NCBI GenBank assembly: GCA_034190055.1
Contig: JAXHTT010000003.1
Span: 2,721 to 66,720, forward strand
Length of the DNA stretch: 64,000 nucleotides
Reading direction: 5' to 3'
Origin: Pseudomonadota bacterium
GTDB taxonomy: Bacteria > Pseudomonadota > Gammaproteobacteria > Enterobacterales > Alteromonadaceae
A program made the position numbers and the translations under genes. The notes under the pieces were generated by a model. The model searched no databases. It was not told where the DNA came from and worked only from the letters and a program-made list of their open reading frames with translations. Position 1 is the first letter of the stretch, and each line of letters starts with the position of its first letter. Of the stretch, positions 61,600-64,000 are shown piece after piece.

Positions 61600-64000
61600 T
61601 TAATTATCTGCTGTCCATGTAGAGCCAGCACCTACATCAGTAGACTGAATGTAGTAAAGCCCTTTAGCTCCAGCGACTGCTTGTGCACCGTTCGGGTCGG
61701 TTTCAATCAGACCGTTGGTAGCGGTAACAAACTCTGGTACTTCCTTACCATTGTCTGCTGGGTTTTGGTCGATAGCGCCATCGGTATCAAATTCGCCGTT
61801 GCCGTTAAGATTTCGAATATCTACCCAAGACTCATCTTCAACATCACCTGATGCGTAGCTGTCAGTAAAGCCGAAGTTATTAGAAAGAAGTGATTCTTCG
61901 TGATTGATAAGGTCACAGTCGTACTCGAAAGCATGATCACTACTAATCGCTTCAGAATCAAATGCGAGTCCTAGCGTGCTTTCTTTACCTGCTTCGTTAA
62001 AGCCATTTGCAATTGCATTAGCATCGAAGTCGATTACAAAGAAGTTTTTAGTAAGTCCATAAAGAATTGGCGCGTTATCCGCTGTTAACTCATCGCAATC
62101 ACCCACTGGTGCTCTACTGCCAATTTCTGTGCTGAACACGATGGGTTGAAGTGAGTTTAGAACGGTATTGTTAGTAACAGTCAGTGTTAGGTCACCGCTG
62201 CCGTCAAGCACAGCTTGGTTACCTGCGTTAGGTACACCGCCGTCAGCTTGTGAGAAAGGGTTAGCCGTAAATACTAAGCCGCCAGCTTCTTTATTGCCTG
62301 AACGGATACCTGCAATGTAGTTATTGGTTACTGTATGACCGAGCGGTGTCATCAACACACCACTTGGGCGTTCGTCTGAACCAGAAATATCAGTGGTCCG
62401 AATAATGATATTGTCAGCAACGGTGTTAAACCCACCGTCTTCTAAAGAAATACCGCCTTTCGCGTCAATAATCGTGTTGCCTTGAATAGTAGCGCCAGAC
62501 GTTTGAACGCGCATCAGGCGACGGCCTGAAGTGAAGTTATCGATACGATTGTATTGAACAACAAAGTTAGCGTCTTCTGCCGCATCTGAGCCCGTGGTAC
62601 TCCCAACGTTAAGCAGTAGTAGGCTTGATTGGTTGAAGTTCGGGTTATCAGCGTTCTCAAACAGGTTGTACTGAATTGTATGGTTTAAACCCGAAGAAGA
62701 GAGCTTGATCACCGAACCTTTAACCGCGTTGTTTCTATTGCGGAAGGTATTACGCTCAACCATAGCACCTTCACCATTTACAACAAGCCAATGATAAGTC
62801 TCTTCATTCAATGTGGTCTGGTCGCCGTCCATTGTGTTTTCAGCAAAAGTGAAGTTATCGCCTTCTGAATAAATAACTGCGGCAGCTTCGCTTTCACAGT
62901 AAGAATCTAATGCTGTATCAATGTTTTCAAAACGCATGCCCTTTATTGCTGCACCGTCTACAGTACTGGCAACATTTATACATGCTTCGCCAGATATGAC
63001 CGGCGTTTCACCTTCCACTGCAGCCAAGGTTACAGCACTGGTTAACAAAATTGGTGCTAAGTCAGCATAAACGTTGGTGTTTAGACCTAAGACATCGCCG
63101 TCGGCAAGACCGCTATTAAGGGCACTTTCAAGACCGGCTTTATCGTTAACTACGGTAGTGTAAACAATGGTATCTACCGCATCTGATGCTGAACCTTCAA
63201 AACCATCATTGTCCGTATACGAGGCTTCTACAGAAATGATTGCGCCAGCGTTAGCACTTGGTGTGAAAGTGCTGCTGTTGCTATCAGCAATGGCTACGCC
63301 ATCAGCAAACCATGTATATTCAACGTTCGCTTCGTCAAACCCATTGTTGTCTGTCAGTGTTGCCGTTAAAACACCGTCTACCAAATAAGGTGCAGTGCCT
63401 GTTATTTCTATCGACCCAGCTTCGTCAACGGCGTCTTCATTAACCGGGATAGTTGGCTCTGAAGTAATAACTTCTTCAAAACCGTTATCATCGGTATAAG
63501 ATGCTTCGACAGTGATCACTTGGCCAACAAGACTTGCGTCAACGACGTAACTGCTTTGAGTAGCGCCTGAGATCGCAGCGTCATCGCCATACCATTGGTA
63601 TGCCACTTCACCGGTAGCACCATCTTCATCACTAATTTCTGTAGTAAGGGTGTTGCCAACAGTAGGCGTGCCTACAATAGTGATTGCACCCTCTGAATTT
63701 ACGCGACCTACAGGGTCTGTTGGTTCAGACATAGGCGCTTCATCGAAACCGCGGTTATCAGTAAAAGCTGCTGATACGGAAATAACTTTACCAAACTCAC
63801 TTTCTGTAAGCGTGATTGTAGATGTAACTTCATTTTCAATAGCAACATCATCTGCAAACCACGTATAAACAATACTTTCTGGTTCTACACCGTTTTCATC
63901 TGAAACTGCGGCAGTAAGCACGCCGCCCACTACAACGTCGCCAGAGATGGCGATACTCGACTCAAACGCTATGGCCATTACATCACTTGTTGGTTCACTT
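61600..64000 (-). CDS. large secreted protein (5' end outside the window): tandem ~90-aa Ig-like modules + right-handed beta-helix, PL6/chondroitinase-B-like polysaccharide lyase domain + Ca-binding-like C-terminus
   Basis: The frame stays open from 63978 to the window edge (...SEPTSDV-MAIAFE...). SEPT is the linker that ends the in-window repeats, so the true N-terminus lies upstream. The central region has a PL6-like layout (VVNDKAGLESAL..GLADGDVL.L....Y near its start, repeated NxxxxN beta-helix rungs, IKLSSS...RLMRVQTSG). The C-terminus has a DxDxDG-like NGNGEFDTDGAIDQNPADNG. The lyase assignment is moderate confidence. Confidence 0.8.
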   Translation of the reverse strand, partial: SEPTSDVMAIAFESSIAISGDVVVGGVLTAAVSDENGVEPESIVYTWFADDVAIENEVTSTITLTESEFGKVISVSAAFTDNRGFDEAPMSEPTDPVGRVNSEGAITIVGTPTVGNTLTTEISDEDGATGEVAYQWYGDDAAISGATQSSYVVDASLVGQVITVEASYTDDNGFEEVITSEPTIPVNEDAVDEAGSIEITGTAPYLVDGVLTATLTDNNGFDEANVEYTWFADGVAIADSNSSTFTPSANAGAIISVEASYTDNDGFEGSASDAVDTIVYTTVVNDKAGLESALNSGLADGDVLGLNTNVYADLAPILLTSAVTLAAVEGETPVISGEACINVASTVDGAAIKGMRFENIDTALDSYCESEAAAVIYSEGDNFTFAENTMDGDQTTLNEETYHWLVVNGEGAMVERNTFRNRNNAVKGSVIKLSSSGLNHTIQYNLFENADNPNFNQSSLLLLNVGSTTGSDAAEDANFVVQYNRIDNFTSGRRLMRVQTSGATIQGNTIIDAKGGISLEDGGFNTVADNIIIRTTDISGSDERPSGVLMTPLGHTVTNNYIAGIRSGNKEAGGLVFTANPFSQADGGVPNAGNQAVLDGSGDLTLTVTNNTVLNSLQPIVFSTEIGSRAPVGDCDELTADNAPILYGLTKNFFVIDFDANAIANGFNEAGKESTLGLAFDSEAISSDHAFEYDCDLINHEESLLSNNFGFTDSYASGDVEDESWVDIRNLNGNGEFDTDGAIDQNPADNGKEVPEFVTATNGLIETDPNGAQAVAGAKGLYYIQSTDVGAGSTWTADN
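63175..64000 (-). repeat. at least 3.1 tandem copies of a ~90-aa protein module
   Basis: The modules lie at 63718-63954, 63451-63687 and 63175-63414. The shared pattern is I.G....G..LTA...D.NG.....Y.W.ADDVAI......T....G..ISVEASYTDN.GFEE..SEPT. A fourth copy is cut by the window edge. Confidence 0.85.

Overview
The window reads as a densely packed chromosomal segment of a marine gammaproteobacterium. Gene content and order look Alteromonas-like, but that is inference only. I support about 60 protein genes. I see no rRNA or tRNA, no CRISPR array, and no transposase, integrase, phage or recognisable defence genes.

Left to right:
- Tail of a lipid-modification / photooxidative-stress-type cluster: START-like fragment, fatty-acid hydroxylase, ACC-deaminase-like enzyme, chalcone-isomerase-like protein, DUF3833.
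- An OmpR-type two-component pair, a stand-alone aceK and a CheY-like protein.
- An arsR-arsC-arsH-acr3 operon with a triple-repeat operator, preceded by a secreted PTP-like protein and a DUF2306-like membrane protein.
- A HisKA_3/NarL two-component pair followed by a small PEP-CTERM protein.
- frmA with a divergent LysR regulator.
- cdd, a perfect Zur box, a His-rich COG0523 GTPase and a UvrA paralogue lacking the UvrB-binding domain.
- thrL-thrABC with ung translationally coupled to thrC, then an unlisted DUF3545 mini-gene.
- tal-pgi, yaaA, an RRM RNA-binding protein and an MFS transporter.
- An AT-rich orphan region, then an XRE/cupin-azlCD operon.
- An oxidative-stress neighbourhood (msrA, osmC, sodC, gst), then DUF885, a VOC protein and fadH.
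- The conserved DUF4426-yggT-proC-yggS / pilTU block, DUF2007, ruvX-yqgE-gshB-rsmE and mscS.
- At the right end, a glycan-utilisation-like locus: M48 lipoprotein, a collagen-like beta-propeller lipoprotein, a TonB-dependent receptor and a large repeat-bearing PL6-like beta-helix protein that runs off the window.

I do not see a clear-cut, self-contained novel multi-gene system. The best candidates for follow-up are the right-end locus, the Zur / COG0523 / UvrA-paralogue / cdd neighbourhood, the two-component-plus-PEP-CTERM module, the ars operator architecture, and two long non-coding gaps with orphan hairpins and small ORFs just under the 60-aa cutoff of the ORF track. All family assignments come from motifs read by eye and remembered homologues. 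No database search was run.
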